A stretch of DNA of 63,798 nt, the filler included, from Lama guanicoe (taxonomy: Eukaryota): NCBI GenBank assembly GCA_013239625.1. It is 77 parts of 75 records of this genome, joined end to end, with 100 filler letters (N's around TTAATTAATTAA, not from the genome) between each part and the next. Parts side by side here need not be neighbours in the genome. Positions count along the whole stretch, not along the records: positions 49,914 to 50,736 come from PNXV01003793.1; positions 50,837 to 51,646 come from PNXV01003794.1; positions 51,747 to 52,667 come from PNXV01003795.1; positions 52,768 to 53,154 come from MU053806.1; positions 53,255 to 53,969 come from MU053806.1; positions 54,070 to 54,898 come from MU053808.1; positions 54,999 to 55,420 come from PNXV01003810.1; positions 55,521 to 56,290 come from PNXV01003811.1; 69 more parts are not named here. One strand, 5' to 3'. Position numbers and translations under genes: made by a program. The notes below the pieces were generated by a model that was given only the letters and a program-made list of their open reading frames with translations, had not been told where the DNA came from and made no database searches. Positions 49,914 through 63,116 of the stretch are shown here, piece after piece. Numbering within the stretch: position 1 is the stretch's first letter; every line of letters starts with the position of its first letter.

Positions 49914-50736
49914 AGGAGGTGAGAACATACAATGGAGTAAAGACAGCCTCTTCAGCAAATGTCGTAGGGAAAACTGGACAGCTGCATGTAAATAAATGAA
50001 GTTAGAGTACTCCCTCACAGCATACACAAAAATGAATTCCAAATGGCTTAAAGACTTAAACATGTAGACAAGACACTATAAACCTCTTAGAAGAAAAGAT
50101 AGGGAAAACATCTGACATACATCTCAGCAATGTTCTCCTAGAGCAGTCTACTCAAGCAATAGAAATACAAGCAAAAATATACAAGTGGGATGTAATTAAA
50201 CTTACAAGATTTGCAAAGTAAAGGAAACAGTAGGCAAAACAAAAAGACAACCAACCTATGGAATGGGAGAAAATACTTGCAATAAATGAAACTGACAAGG
50301 GCTTAATTCCCAAGCTATGTAAACACCTTTTACACTTAATAAGAAGGAAAAGCAAACAATTCAATTCAAAAATGGGCAGAAGTCCCAAAGAAACATTTCT
50401 CCAATGAAGACATACAAATGGTCAATAGGCAAATAAGAAAATGCTCAATATCATTATCAGAGAAATGCAAATCAAAACTGCAATCAAGCATCACCTCTCA
50501 CCAGTCAGAATAGGCATCATTCAGAAGTTCACAGACAATAAATGCTGGAGAGGCTGCAGAGAATTGGGTACACTCCTGCACTGTGGTGGGAATGCAGTTT
50601 GGTGGAGCCATTGTGGAAAACTCTATAGAGGTTCCTCAAAAGACAAAAAATTGACCTCCCATAAGACCCAGCAATTCCACTCCTTGACATATATCCAAAA
50701 GGTTCTGTAATTCAAAAAGACACATTCACCACAATG
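49914..50736 (+). mobile_element. LINE-1 ORF2 C-terminal region including the cysteine-rich motif, degenerate
   Basis: [41 protein letters not shown]. Confidence 0.95.
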
Positions 50737-50836
50737 NNNNNNNNNNNNNNNNNNNNNNNNNNNNNNNNNNNNNNNNNNNNTTAATTAATTAANNNNNNNN
50801 NNNNNNNNNNNNNNNNNNNNNNNNNNNNNNNNNNNN

Positions 50837-51646
50837 TCCAATACGTATTTCATGGTTCCTGTTGGTTTCGGAGGCTTCAACAGTACGGAGTTGACATGAC
50901 TCCTTTAACAGGTTGGACTGCTAGTTTGCATTCTATCTGTCTTTGTTTTCCTTCGAGCTGACAAAATGCTACCAGAATTGACAAGTCTGGCTTCTAGGTC
51001 TATTTAGTATGTTTCAAAAACTAACTTCATTTTCGTATAACTCCCAAAACATGTAAATCAATTCTATTAAACTTTTTAATGACTGCAAATGAGATCTCAA
51101 CACAATGTCAAAACTGGAGTCTTCGGACAACCCCTCCCACCACGGCTGTAGAGAAACAAAGAGCTATACAAAAATCACATTTCTGTGAAATGTATCTGGA
51201 AAGTGTTGATTCATCGATGCCCAGTTGGCAGAGAAGCAGTGCAACCTGCGCTCACTCGCTCCCATGTACACAGCAATGGGATCACACACTCACCCAGCCC
51301 TTGGCACAGGACACTTGCCGAAAAGAGGTCTGTTACTTCCAAAGACAGGATGAGGCCTCAGAACGCCTGGAAGCAGGGGAAGGCAAAGCAGGGAATGGAA
51401 ACCAGTGCAGGGTCTGACCCCTGGTGATGGAGCAGCAAAAGTGAAACTCTGTTTAACTTGGACACACACTCTCAAGCGAACAGGAGACATGGGATTGAAG
51501 GTGATGTGCTGAGTGTTAGAAGAGTGCACAGCAGATGCTTGGCTGACAGAACTCAGTTTGGCTGACTCAAAGAAACCAGCACAAAAAAGCCCCACATTTC
51601 ATTCTGAGACCAAGATCCGAGCTGCCAAATTTGAGGTAGCAGAGGC
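50837..51646. repeat. Recurrent repeat segment G, copy 1
   Basis: 50846-51000 aligns to 53812-53968 (ATGGTTCCTGTTGGTT...AATTGACAAGTCTGGCTTCTAGGTC). Confidence 0.75.
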
Positions 51647-52767
51647 NNNNNNNNNNNNNNNNNNNNNNNNNNNNNNNNNNNNNNNNNNNNTTAATTAATT
51701 AANNNNNNNNNNNNNNNNNNNNNNNNNNNNNNNNNNNNNNNNNNNNCCTACAGTAGGGACACTGAAGAAATTTCAACCCGTAAGGTGTGTTTGGGAGCCT
51801 CGATGACAAGTAGGGACCCACAGACAGATATCTGAGTGGGTGGCGATCAGGCCCGAGTCTTGGAAGGACTGAGATTCCGTTACTGTTGTAACAGTGAACT
51901 TAAGGGAGGAATTCGGAAAGGTCAGATGCATTTGAGATTAAAAGTATTATCTGGCTTTTATTGTTAGCAGTAGTGGTTTTTAACGCTTAGACCCATTCCC
52001 GCTTTTTATAAGAAATATTTGTAGCAAGCCTTTCATGTGCCCGGAATTGAACATCATAGAAAGTGTACTCTAAGTATAAATATGATAAACAAATAGACAG
52101 GTAGATGGAAAGATGCGGTACCTCAATTCTTATATTATGGGGTATTTTATATTTAGGCTAATTAGTGACCACTCAGGACAAAAGGCACATACAAAGGGAG
52201 TCACTTCTAATAAACTATTTTTCCAAGACTTACCTAACTGGGAAACAAGTGTCTTCACAATGTTAGAGCACCTCCCAGGCCCCGGGGAAATCTCCTTGTC
52301 AGAGTTACACTTGCTGATGTGCCAAGTGCAAGCACATGCGGTTCGGAAGCTGCCCGGAGGCGGACTCCGGGGATTCCTTCTCCGTCGCAGCTGTGAGGGA
52401 GCCTTGCCTTTCCTGACCACAACCACAGAGGCGATTTTAAGTCTCTGAAAACTGCCATACCAGTGTATATCACAACCCTCACAAGGTATGTTGAATAAAG
52501 TAGAAAACTTTAAGTGCCTCCTTTAAGATAGAAATAAGATATAAAATAAATCTTGATTTAAAAAATTTTAGTGCCCAAATAAGTGCTACATTACACTGGA
52601 TGCATTATTAGGTTAGACAAGTTCATTACTGCTTTCCATACCACATCTTCTAGTTAGATTTTATTTANNNNNNNNNNNNNNNNNNNNNNNNNNNNNNNNN
52701 NNNNNNNNNNNTTAATTAATTAANNNNNNNNNNNNNNNNNNNNNNNNNNNNNNNNNNNNNNNNNNNN

Positions 52768-53154
52768 GGCTTGCATGTACTCAGCACACCTGTATTCGGA
52801 AATCAGAGGCGTGCATGCATATTCGTAAGTATTGATTCATAAGAGCATATCGTGACCTAACCTAAATGCCGATTTGGAATCAAATGTGTTCCTAGTCCGT
52901 GATGTAAAATTGTATGTCTTCTAACAGGATGAAGGAATACCATATACTACGCTACGTACGGAAGAAATGAAAGAAGCCTATAACAAAGGCAAGAAGCTCT
53001 GCCAAAGTGTACTAAGGGCAAAAGAGAATGAAACAAATCATGTCCTGAGAGTGCGGGTGATTCAGCAGAAATCATGAGACGCATATGTATTCCGGGTGTA
53101 CGGATATTATAGGAACATAAGTCTCCTTTAGTGGGTCACTGTGTACTGTACTGT
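52768..53154 (+). repeat. Recurrent repeat segment E, copy 3
   Basis: Begins with the sequence that ends copy 1; aligns to 34940-35248. Confidence 0.85.
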
Positions 53155-53254
53155 NNNNNNNNNNNNNNNNNNNNNNNNNNNNNNNNNNNNNNNNNNNNTT
53201 AATTAATTAANNNNNNNNNNNNNNNNNNNNNNNNNNNNNNNNNNNNNNNNNNNN

Positions 53255-53969
53255 CCTTCCGCTAGATTCAGCAAATGTGGTGTTTATGTCTTCCCTGGGG
53301 TGAAGGGAGTGTGGTAAGTGAGGGGAATCTTTGACTGAACTTGAATCTGTATTAGGTCTCAGTTTTTCAAGACAGTATAGGTAAATAGAACAAGTCAGAA
53401 AGTGAACTGTACTGTCAACGTCGCCAATGACATTAAAGACACAGCTTATGTGGATCGTCTTTCACTTGAGTCAAGCCCCCGGGGGCACTATATCATGGGG
53501 GTGCAGACTTGGTTGCGTTAAATGGCTTTACCCAACATGATTGGATGATTAAGTGTTCTCATCACTGATAGAAGAACACCTGGTTCTCAATAGACTAACA
53601 TAACTGCAGCAGGGTTCTCCTAGTTATAATGCCTCTAGGTGCTTTTGGATTCATACCTAAATGTATATATTTGGTTTCTTTCCTCTTGTATTTTCCTAGA
53701 GAGGGATGTGACATCTTGAAATGCCAACATTGGCCAGTAGGTGTCATTGGGATTAAAGGGCACCACATGCCATGTGTATCAAAGGTTGGGGGTTATTTCA
53801 TGTTTCCAATAGTTATTTTATGGTTCCTGTTGGTTACGGAATCTTCAACCGTAAAGAGCTGACATGACCCCTTTAACAGTTTGGACTGCTAGGTTGCATT
53901 CTATCTGTCTAGGTTTTCGATAGAGCTGACAATATGTTACCAAAATTGACAAGTCTGGCTTCTAGGTCG
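53255..53969. repeat. Recurrent repeat segment G, copy 2
   Basis: The 3' ~155 bp is shared with the 50837 fragment. Confidence 0.75.
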
Positions 53970-54069
53970 NNNNNNNNNNNNNNNNNNNNNNNNNNNNNNN
54001 NNNNNNNNNNNNNTTAATTAATTAANNNNNNNNNNNNNNNNNNNNNNNNNNNNNNNNNNNNNNNNNNNN

Positions 54070-54898
54070 GGTGGAACCTCCCCACGCTCAGAATTCCGGA
54101 ACCATTGTCAGTGCGTGTTTAGATCGAGAGACAAATCCACGCAGCTCTCTTCAGTCACAGGTGTTCCCTGTTAGGGGAAGTTCGAGAAATAACTTCCCTG
54201 AACTTGGGGAGGCAGCCTCTGTCACTGGGATTTCCTGCAAACCCCCCTAGCATTCCCTTGGCACAGAGACATTAGGAAAACCCTCAGGGGAGACGAGCTT
54301 AGGCATTCCATTAGAACCCACACGCTGCCGACCGATGGTGGAACCTCCCCACACTCAGGAAGATCCATTGTCAGTGCGTGGGGGAGCTCGAGAGACAACT
54401 CCACGCAGCTCTCTTCAGTCACAGGTGTTCCCTGTTAGCGGGAATTCTGAGAAATAAATTTCCTGACCTTGGGGAGGCAACCTCTGTCTCTGGGTTTGCC
54501 TGGAAACCACCCTAGCATTCCCTGGCACAGAGACATTAGGAAAAAACCCAGGGGAGTCGAGCTTAGGCATTCCGTTAGAACCCACGCGCTGCCGACCGTT
54601 GTTGGAACCTCCCAACGCTCNNNNNNNNNNNNNNNNNNNNNNNNNNNNNNNNNNNNNNNNNNNNNNNNNNNNNNNNNNNNNNNNNNNNNNNNNNNNNNNN
54701 NNNNNNNNNNNNNNNNNNNNNNNNNNNNNNNNNNNNNNNNNNNNNNNNNNNNNNNNNNNNNNNNNNNNNNNNNNNNNNNNNNNNNNNNNNNNNNNNNNNN
54801 NNNNNNNNNNNNNNNNNNNNNNNNNNNNNNNNNNNNNNNNNNNNGTTTCGTGGAACCTCCCCAAGTTCAGGATTCCGGAACCATTGTCAGTGCGTGGG
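54070..54898 (-). repeat. Satellite family B (reverse orientation)
   Basis: CCACGCAGCTCTCTTCAGTCACAGGTGTTCCC repeats. Confidence 0.95.
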
Positions 54899-55520
54899 NN
54901 NNNNNNNNNNNNNNNNNNNNNNNNNNNNNNNNNNNNNNNNNNTTAATTAATTAANNNNNNNNNNNNNNNNNNNNNNNNNNNNNNNNNNNNNNNNNNNNCA
55001 GTTTATGACGGTTTTCCATGAGATATATTGCTCAGCCTTTTCCTGAAGAAAGGATTGAATTTTCCACAGGAAATCTTATGAAAGAGAGTGACAAGGCACA
55101 TGGGTTTCCCAAAAAGGAATAGTTGATGTAATAAACTCTCACAATGGTGAACTATTTTAATACAAGCCAGTTGAAAATTTTATCACTAGGTCATATGGCA
55201 CAAATCTGTTAAGAATAAAAAGATTCAAATTTTATAGAAGAAGCAGTTTGAATCAAGTAGAAATTATGATTTGTACACTATGTCTTGTTAGAACTTATAC
55301 TCAGTCTTATCATAATCGCCTGTGGTAGGAACTGGATCATTATTTGTTTATTAAGTTTATTAAAATAAAAATCCATCACATCAACTAGAGAAAGGACAAA
55401 AACCACATGATCATCTCAATNNNNNNNNNNNNNNNNNNNNNNNNNNNNNNNNNNNNNNNNNNNNTTAATTAATTAANNNNNNNNNNNNNNNNNNNNNNNN
55501 NNNNNNNNNNNNNNNNNNNN

Positions 55521-56290
55521 GAAGAACACAATGTATAGAATATAGAATAGAGTATATACAAGCCAGAATTAAGAAAATGGAATGCAGAACACAGAATTTA
55601 AATATAGCATACAGAACACTGAATATAGAGTTTAGAATATAGAATAGAGAATGTAAAATGTACAACACAAAATATAGAATATACACTACGGAATGCAGAA
55701 TATAGTAGGTAGAATATAGAATGAAGAACACAGAATATAGAATATAGAATAGAGAATGTAAAATGTACAACACAAAATATAGAATATACACTACGGAATG
55801 CAGAATATAGTAGGTAGAATATAGAATGAAGAACACAGAATATAGAATATAGAATAGAGAAAATAGAACCCAGAATTTAGAACATGGAATGAAGAACACA
55901 GAATTTACAATTTAGAATTCAGAATACTGAATATAGAATTGAGAATGTGCAATGTACAACACAAAATATAGAATATACACTACGGAATGCAGAATATAGT
56001 ATATATAATGAAGAACACAAATTGTAGAATATAGAATGGAGAATATAGAACCCAGAATTTAGAACATGGATTGTAGAACACAGAATTTAGAATATAGAAA
56101 ATACTGAATATAGAATTTTGATAATAGTAGGTTGAACACAGAATATATAATGTAGAATACGGAATGCAGAATATAGAATACAGAATATAGAATGTAGAAC
56201 ACAGAATATAAAATTTGGAAAACTGAATATAGAACCCAGAATTTAAAAATGGAATGCAGAACACATAATTTAGAATATAGAATACAGAAC
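55521..56290 (+). repeat. Heptamer satellite C with an exact 105-bp higher-order duplication
   Basis: ATGTAAAATGTACAACAC at 55651 and 55756. Confidence 0.95.
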
Positions 56291-56390
56291 NNNNNNNNNN
56301 NNNNNNNNNNNNNNNNNNNNNNNNNNNNNNNNNNTTAATTAATTAANNNNNNNNNNNNNNNNNNNNNNNNNNNNNNNNNNNNNNNNNNNN

Positions 56391-57432
56391 AAACCACATG
56401 ATCATCTCAATCAATGCAGAAAAAGCATTTGATAAAATTTAACATCCATTTGTGATAAAAACTCTCGCCAAAGTGGGCATAGAGGGAATGTATCTCAACA
56501 TAATAAAAGCTATATATGACAAACCTACAGCCAGCATAGTACTCAACGGTGAAAAACTCAAAACCTTCCCACTAAAATCTGGGACAAGACAAGGATGCCC
56601 ACTATCACCNNNNNNNNNNNNNNNNNNNNNNNNNNNNNNNNNNNNNNNNNNNNNNNNNNNNNNNNNNNNNNNNNNNNNNNNNNNNNNNNNNNNNNNNNNN
56701 NNNNNNNNNNNNNNNNNNNNNNNNNNNNNNNNNNNNNNNNNNNNNNNNNNNNNNNNNNNNNNNNNNNNNNNNNNNNNNNNNNNNNNNNNNNNNNNNNNNN
56801 NNNNNNNNNNNNNNNNNNNNNNNNNNNNNNNNNNNNNNNNNNNNNNNNNNNNNNNNNNNNNNNNNNNNNNNNNNNNNNNNNNNNNNNNNNNNNNNNNNNN
56901 NNNNNNNNNNNNNNNNNNNNNNNNNNNNNNNNNNNNNNNNNNNNNNNNNNNNNNNNNNNNNNNNNNNNNNNNNNNNNNNNNNNNNNNNNNNNNNNNNNNN
57001 NNNNNNNNNNNNNNNNNNNNNNNNNNNNNNNNNNNNNNNNNNNNNNNNNNNNNNNNNNNNNNNNNNNNNNNNNNNNNNNNNNNNNNNNNNNNNNNNNNNN
57101 NNNNNNNNNNNNNNNNNNNNNNNNNNNNNNNNNNNNNNNNNNNNNNNNNNNNNNNNNNNNNNNNNNNNNNNNNNNNNNNNNNNNNNNNNNNNNNNNNNNN
57201 NAAGCATTACTGAAGAAAAAGAAAGAGGCTAGAGGAATAACTCTCCCAGACTTCAGACAATACTATAGAGCTACAGTCATCAAGACAGCATGGTATTGGT
57301 ACAAAAACAGACATATAGACCAATGGAACAGAATAGAGAGCCCAGAAAGGAACCTACAAACTTTTGGTCAACTAATCTTCGACATGGAATAAAGACAGTC
57401 TCTTCAGCAAATGGTGCTGAGAAAACTGGACA
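56391..57432 (+). mobile_element. Relatively young LINE-1 ORF2 RT region (gapped)
   Basis: [89 protein letters not shown]. Confidence 0.96.
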
Positions 57433-57532
57433 NNNNNNNNNNNNNNNNNNNNNNNNNNNNNNNNNNNNNNNNNNNNTTAATTAATTAANNNNNNNNNNNN
57501 NNNNNNNNNNNNNNNNNNNNNNNNNNNNNNNN

Positions 57533-58043
57533 TAGAATGTAGAACGCAGAATATAGAATATAGACTACGGAATGCAGAATAAAGTTTATACAATATAGAA
57601 TGATGAACACAAAATATGGAATATAGAATAGAGAATATAGAACCCAGAATTAAGAACATGGAATATAGAACAACGAATTTAGTATATAGAATACATAATA
57701 CTGAATTTCGAATTTAAAATATAGAATGTAGAACACAGAATATGGAATGTAGTATAAGGAATGCAGAATATTGAATACAGAATATAGAATGTAGAACACA
57801 GAATTTAAAATATGGAAAAAGGAATATATAACCAAGAATTAAGAACATGGAATGCAGAACACAGAATTTAGATTATAGAATACAGAATACTGAATATAGA
57901 ATTTAGAATATAGAATTTAGAACACAGAATATGATTTAGAACACATGGAATGTAGAATACGGAATGCAAAATAATCTATACAGAATATACAATGGAGAAC
58001 ACAGAATTTAGAATATGGAAAGCAGAATATAGAACACGGAATT
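57533..58043 (+). repeat. Heptamer satellite C
   Basis: Degenerate (AGAATAT)n. Confidence 0.95.
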
Positions 58044-58689
58044 NNNNNNNNNNNNNNNNNNNNNNNNNNNNNNNNNNNNNNNNNNNNTTAATTAATTAAN
58101 NNNNNNNNNNNNNNNNNNNNNNNNNNNNNNNNNNNNNNNNNNNCCTTCCCACTCCCAGGACTGGAAAATCCTTAACACACAGTCTCCCCAGCAACTCTGC
58201 AGTGTTCCTGGCACCAAGCATTTCCCATGGCAATGGTCACCAGTTCTCACAGACACAGCGCTCCGTACAGCCAATGACCTTGGTCAGAACTTGATCATCT
58301 ACCTGCCACGCCCACCAGGCTTCACCATACAGGCAGGAAAGCTGGCTTTCAAGTGCATACAAAGCCATCCCTGGTTTAACCTGGTCTATGTGGCTTCTCC
58401 AGCCTAAAGGTAGCCATGAAACTCCTCACAGTTTGTACATGAGCCTCACTACCTCTCTCCATTTGTCTCCCCACCTATACTACTTAGCTATGTCCATTTT
58501 GAGAATCTTGGATACAAATTTTTAAAAGCAAAAAAGAAAAGATTGTGGAACAAGTACTTAATACTTACAATTTTAAATGACAAGTTACANNNNNNNNNNN
58601 NNNNNNNNNNNNNNNNNNNNNNNNNNNNNNNNNTTAATTAATTAANNNNNNNNNNNNNNNNNNNNNNNNNNNNNNNNNNNNNNNNNNNN

Positions 58690-59681
58690 CGACCGTTGGT
58701 GGAACCTCCCCACGCTCAGTATTAAGGAACCATTGTCATTGAGTGGGGAAGCTCGAGAGACAAGTCCACGCAGCTCTCTTCAGTCCCAGTGATCCCTGCT
58801 CGGGGAAGTCCGAGAAATACCTTCCCTGACCTTGGGGAGGCAGCCTCTGTCACTGGGAATTCCTGCAACCCCCCCAACATTCCCTGGCACAGAGACATGA
58901 GGAAAACCCTCAGGGGACGCGAGCACAGGCATTCCGTTAGAACCCACGCACAGCCGACCGTTGGTGGATAATCCCCACGCTCAGGATACCGGAACCATTG
59001 TCATTGAGTGGGGGAGCTCGAGAGACAAATCCACACACCTCTCTTCAGTCACAGGTGTTCCGTGCTCGGGGAAGTCCGAGAAATATCTTCCCTTAGCTTT
59101 GGGAGGTAGCCTCTGTCACTGGGATTTCCTGCAAACCCCCTAGCATTCCCTGGCACAGAGACATGAGGAAAACCCTCAGGGGAGACGAGCACAGGCATTC
59201 CCTTAGAACCCACGCGCTGCCGACCGTTGGTGGTACCTCCACACGCTCAGGAAATTTCCTGCACCCTAGCATTCACTGGCACAGAGACATGAGGAAAACC
59301 CTCAGGGGTGATGAGCACAGGCATTCCGTTAGAACCCACGTGCTGCCGACCGTTGTTGGAACCTCCCCACGCTACGCTCNNNNNNNNNNNNNNNNNNNNN
59401 NNNNNNNNNNNNNNNNNNNNNNNNNNNNNNNNNNNNNNNNNNNNNNNNNNNNNNNNNNNNNNNNNNNNNNNNNNNNNNNNNNNNNNNNNNNNNNNNNNNN
59501 NNNNNNNNNNNNNNNNNNNNNNNNNNNNNNNNNNNNNNNNNNNNNNNNNNNNNACAGGTGTTCCCGGGGAAGTCCGAGAAATACCTTCCCTGACCTTGGG
59601 GAGGCAGCTTCTGTCACTGGGATTTCCTGCAACCACCCCTAGCATTCCCTGGCACAGAGACATGAGGAAAACCAAACCCTC
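58690..59681 (-). repeat. Satellite family B (reverse), includes a truncated monomer
   Basis: GAGGAAAACCCTCAGGGG at ~58899, ~59165 and ~59291. Confidence 0.95.
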
Positions 59682-59781
59682 NNNNNNNNNNNNNNNNNNN
59701 NNNNNNNNNNNNNNNNNNNNNNNNNTTAATTAATTAANNNNNNNNNNNNNNNNNNNNNNNNNNNNNNNNNNNNNNNNNNNN

Positions 59782-60085
59782 CATGAGGAAAACCCTCAGG
59801 GGAGACGAGCACAGGCATTCCGTTAGAACCCACGCGCTGCCGACCGTTGGTGGTACCTCCACACGCTCAGGATTCCGGAAACATTGTCATTGAGTGGGGG
59901 AGCTCGAGAGACAACTCCACGCAGCTCTCTTCTGTCACAGGTGTTCCCTGCCCGGGGAAGTCCGAGAAATAGCTTCCCTGACCTTGGGGATGCAGCCTCT
60001 GTCAGTGGAATTTCCTGCAAACACCCCTAGCATTCACTGGCACAGAGACATGAGGAAAACCCTCAGGGGTGATGAGCACAGGCAT
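59782..60085 (-). repeat. Satellite family B (reverse)
   Basis: One full monomer with the same subfamily variants as 58690-59681. Confidence 0.95.
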
Positions 60086-60185
60086 NNNNNNNNNNNNNNN
60101 NNNNNNNNNNNNNNNNNNNNNNNNNNNNNTTAATTAATTAANNNNNNNNNNNNNNNNNNNNNNNNNNNNNNNNNNNNNNNNNNNN

Positions 60186-60747
60186 GGCACAAGTGGGAGC
60201 AGGCCCAGGAGTGTGCAGGCACAGGAGGGAGCAGACATGGGTTCGTGTAGTCCCTGGAGTGTGTAGACACCAGAGTGTGCAGAGACAGGAGTGTGCAGGT
60301 CCAGGAGTATACAAGCCTAGGTGGGTTCAAGCCCAAGATTGTGCAGGTCCTGGAGTGTGCAGGCCAATGAGTGTGCAGTTCCAGGAGTTTGCAGGCCCAG
60401 TAGTTTGCAGGCCCAGGCCAGGGAAGGCCCAGACCAGGGAAGGCCCAGNNNNNNNNNNNTGTGCAGGCCCAGGAGGGTGCATTCCTAGGTGTGTGTAGGC
60501 CCATTAGTGTGCAGGCCCAGGCCAGGGCAGGCCCAGGAGTGTGCAGGTCCAGGACTGTGCAGTGCCAGGAGTGTGTAGACACGGGGCGGAGCAGGCACAT
60601 GAGAGTAGTGGCCCAGGAGTATAGAGGCCCAGGTGTGTTCAGGCTGTGGGATGCGCAGGCCCAGGAGTGTAGGGTGTAGGGTTGTGCATCCCCAGAAATG
60701 TGCAGACAGAGGAGTGTGCAGGCCCAGGAGCGTGCAGGCCCAGGCCA
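60186..60747. repeat. GC-rich degenerate ~16-bp minisatellite (GCAGGCCCAGGAGTGT)n
   Basis: The unit recurs through the whole fragment. Confidence 0.9.
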
Positions 60748-60847
60748 NNNNNNNNNNNNNNNNNNNNNNNNNNNNNNNNNNNNNNNNNNNNTTAATTAAT
60801 TAANNNNNNNNNNNNNNNNNNNNNNNNNNNNNNNNNNNNNNNNNNNN

Positions 60848-60892
60848 ATATATATATATATACACACACACACACATATATATATATATATG
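60848..60892. repeat. Compound (TA)n(CA)n(TA)n microsatellite
   Basis: Read directly. Confidence 0.95.
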
Positions 60893-62612
60893 TAACTACA
60901 ATAGAGTCAAAGCATAGGATCCTAAACAGAATGAAAACTAAATGCTTTATGATCCCAAAGGAGAGAGAAATACTTACACATGGGATGGTTGAATAAAATC
61001 TTATGAACAAGATAGTTTTTTTCTTCTTCCTTCTTTTTTGAAGAGAAGAACAGAAAAGAGTATGCATAAACTCTTAGGATGGCTTTTTATTACTTTTAAT
61101 TAACTTTAACAATAGGAAGGATTCATGAATATATGAATGAATATATGAATGAAGTAATAAAACATTGTAGAGATTAAACTCTCCTTTGACTCCCACTGGC
61201 TATTCTGATCCTTTCATCACTTATTACCCTAGTTCTCTCCTCATCTTGATCAATTTGGAGTTGATGCTTCCAGGTGGTTTTCTATACATTTCAATAAACA
61301 AAAAAACATGTAGCATTTTATTTATATTTCATTATGATACAAATACACATTTTGGGCAAACCTTTCTGTAACTTGTTTTGTAAACTCAATAATAAATCTT
61401 GTAGGTCTTATTATACCATACGCCCTTCTGATCCAGTATGCCCCACATATGGTTAGACTACCATTTATACATCCATTCTTCTGTTGATAAACAGCTAAGC
61501 TGTTGGGGTTTTTGAATCTATGAAATGCAACACTACAATAACCCATTTTGAGCCTTCCTCTTTAGTCACAAGTGCACATGTTTCTCTAGGAGCAGAGATT
61601 AGGAAGAAATAAAGGAATGAGCAATGAGGTTAGTGGGGAAAAATCACTCCAAACAGAAGGACAATTAGGGACAAAGGGTCTGAGGAAGAATGGAGTGAAT
61701 TCACGTTCTGAGGACNNNNNNNNNNNNNNNNNNNNNNNNNNNNNNNNNNNNNNNNNNNNTTAATTAATTAANNNNNNNNNNNNNNNNNNNNNNNNNNNNN
61801 NNNNNNNNNNNNNNNATTCACACATCAAAAATGAGGGTCTGAAATGTGCACTCCTGTTTTCAGCGGCCCTGCAAATTAGGAAGATGAAGTTCAGAGGAGT
61901 AAAGTAACTTGCTTCCAGTTGGGAGCCAGGGCATCTCCACTGGATTCTAAACTCATTTCTCTTCCTAACTATACTTCTGAGCTGCTGGCCGCGTGAGAAC
62001 CTCATCTGGAGTAGTTGGGGGAGGGGAGAGGAGCTTGAAATGGAAGGGACCAAGGACTGAGGTGAGGCAGCTTCCAGGGGCCTGACCGGTCCACATGTCC
62101 AGGTTGGAGCAGGTGAGAAGAAAGGGCTGAAGCAGGCACGTGAGCAGGGCCAGCACTGCCTGCGCACAGGGTGGGGCTGTCCCACGCACGGAGAGATGCG
62201 AGCCAGTAACTGGGACATGGGAAGAGGCCTCGTTACAGGGACAAGAATTGGGGAGGGCTGAGATCAGCTGCGACTTGGAGGGTGTTCACAGCCAAGCAAG
62301 TCACGTTCCTGGCTNNNNNNNNNNNNNNNNNNNNNNNNNNNNNNNNNNNNNNNNNNNNTTAATTAATTAANNNNNNNNNNNNNNNNNNNNNNNNNNNNNN
62401 NNNNNNNNNNNNNNTTTTTTTTTTTCATACTCTATTCTTTCATAGTAATTTCAAATTCATTTTATTTCCTCTAAGCCTATTAAGGTAGAAAAGTCTTATT
62501 TCCCTTGTTTTCTCCCAAGAGCCTAACAGAATGTTTGCCTGTGTTCTCAGTGACTGTTAGAGGAATAATGGATCACACAGACATCCTTGGGAAGTAGCTT
62601 AAGGGGAGGTTC

Positions 62613-62918
62613 TGTGGTCTGAACGCAGCCTCAGAATTCGTATGTTGAAATTCTACTGCCTGATGTGATGGTACGAGTAGGTGGGACCTTTGGGAGGCCC
62701 CAAAGCCATGAGGGCGTGGAGCCCAGGGGCCGCAGGGAGCTCCCAGCCCCTACCACCGTGTGAGGGCGCGGTGAGCCAGGGAGGGGCCCTCGGCGAGCCG
62801 TGCTGGCGCCATAACCTTGGGCTTCCCGGCACCCAGAACTGTGAGCAACACGTTTCTGTTGTTAATAATCTGCTCAGTCTGTGACATTTTGTTAGAGCAG
62901 CCCTAACAAACCAAGACG
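62613..62918 (+). mobile_element. MaLR MLT1A-type LTR
   Basis: TGTGGTCTGAA...AATTCGTATGTTGAAAT...GGACCTTTGGGAGG...CAGAACTGTGAG...TTTTGTTAGAGCAGCCC.AACAAACCAAGAC. Confidence 0.8.
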
Positions 62919-63116
62919 TTGAGGGAGCAGCAAAATTAATGTGTGTTCCAGGCTGGAGAAAGAAATTGTTGGGGCAGAGGAGGAGCAGTCCTCTGAGGGA
63001 GAGTCTGGTGCCTGCANNNNNNNNNNNNNNNNNNNNNNNNNNNNNNNNNNNNNNNNNNNNTTAATTAATTAANNNNNNNNNNNNNNNNNNNNNNNNNNNN
63101 NNNNNNNNNNNNNNNN

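Noticed and set aside
835..63072. Regularly spaced TTAATTAATTAA as a CRISPR-like or regulatory array
   Set aside because: Always embedded in fixed-length N padding; an artificial linker.
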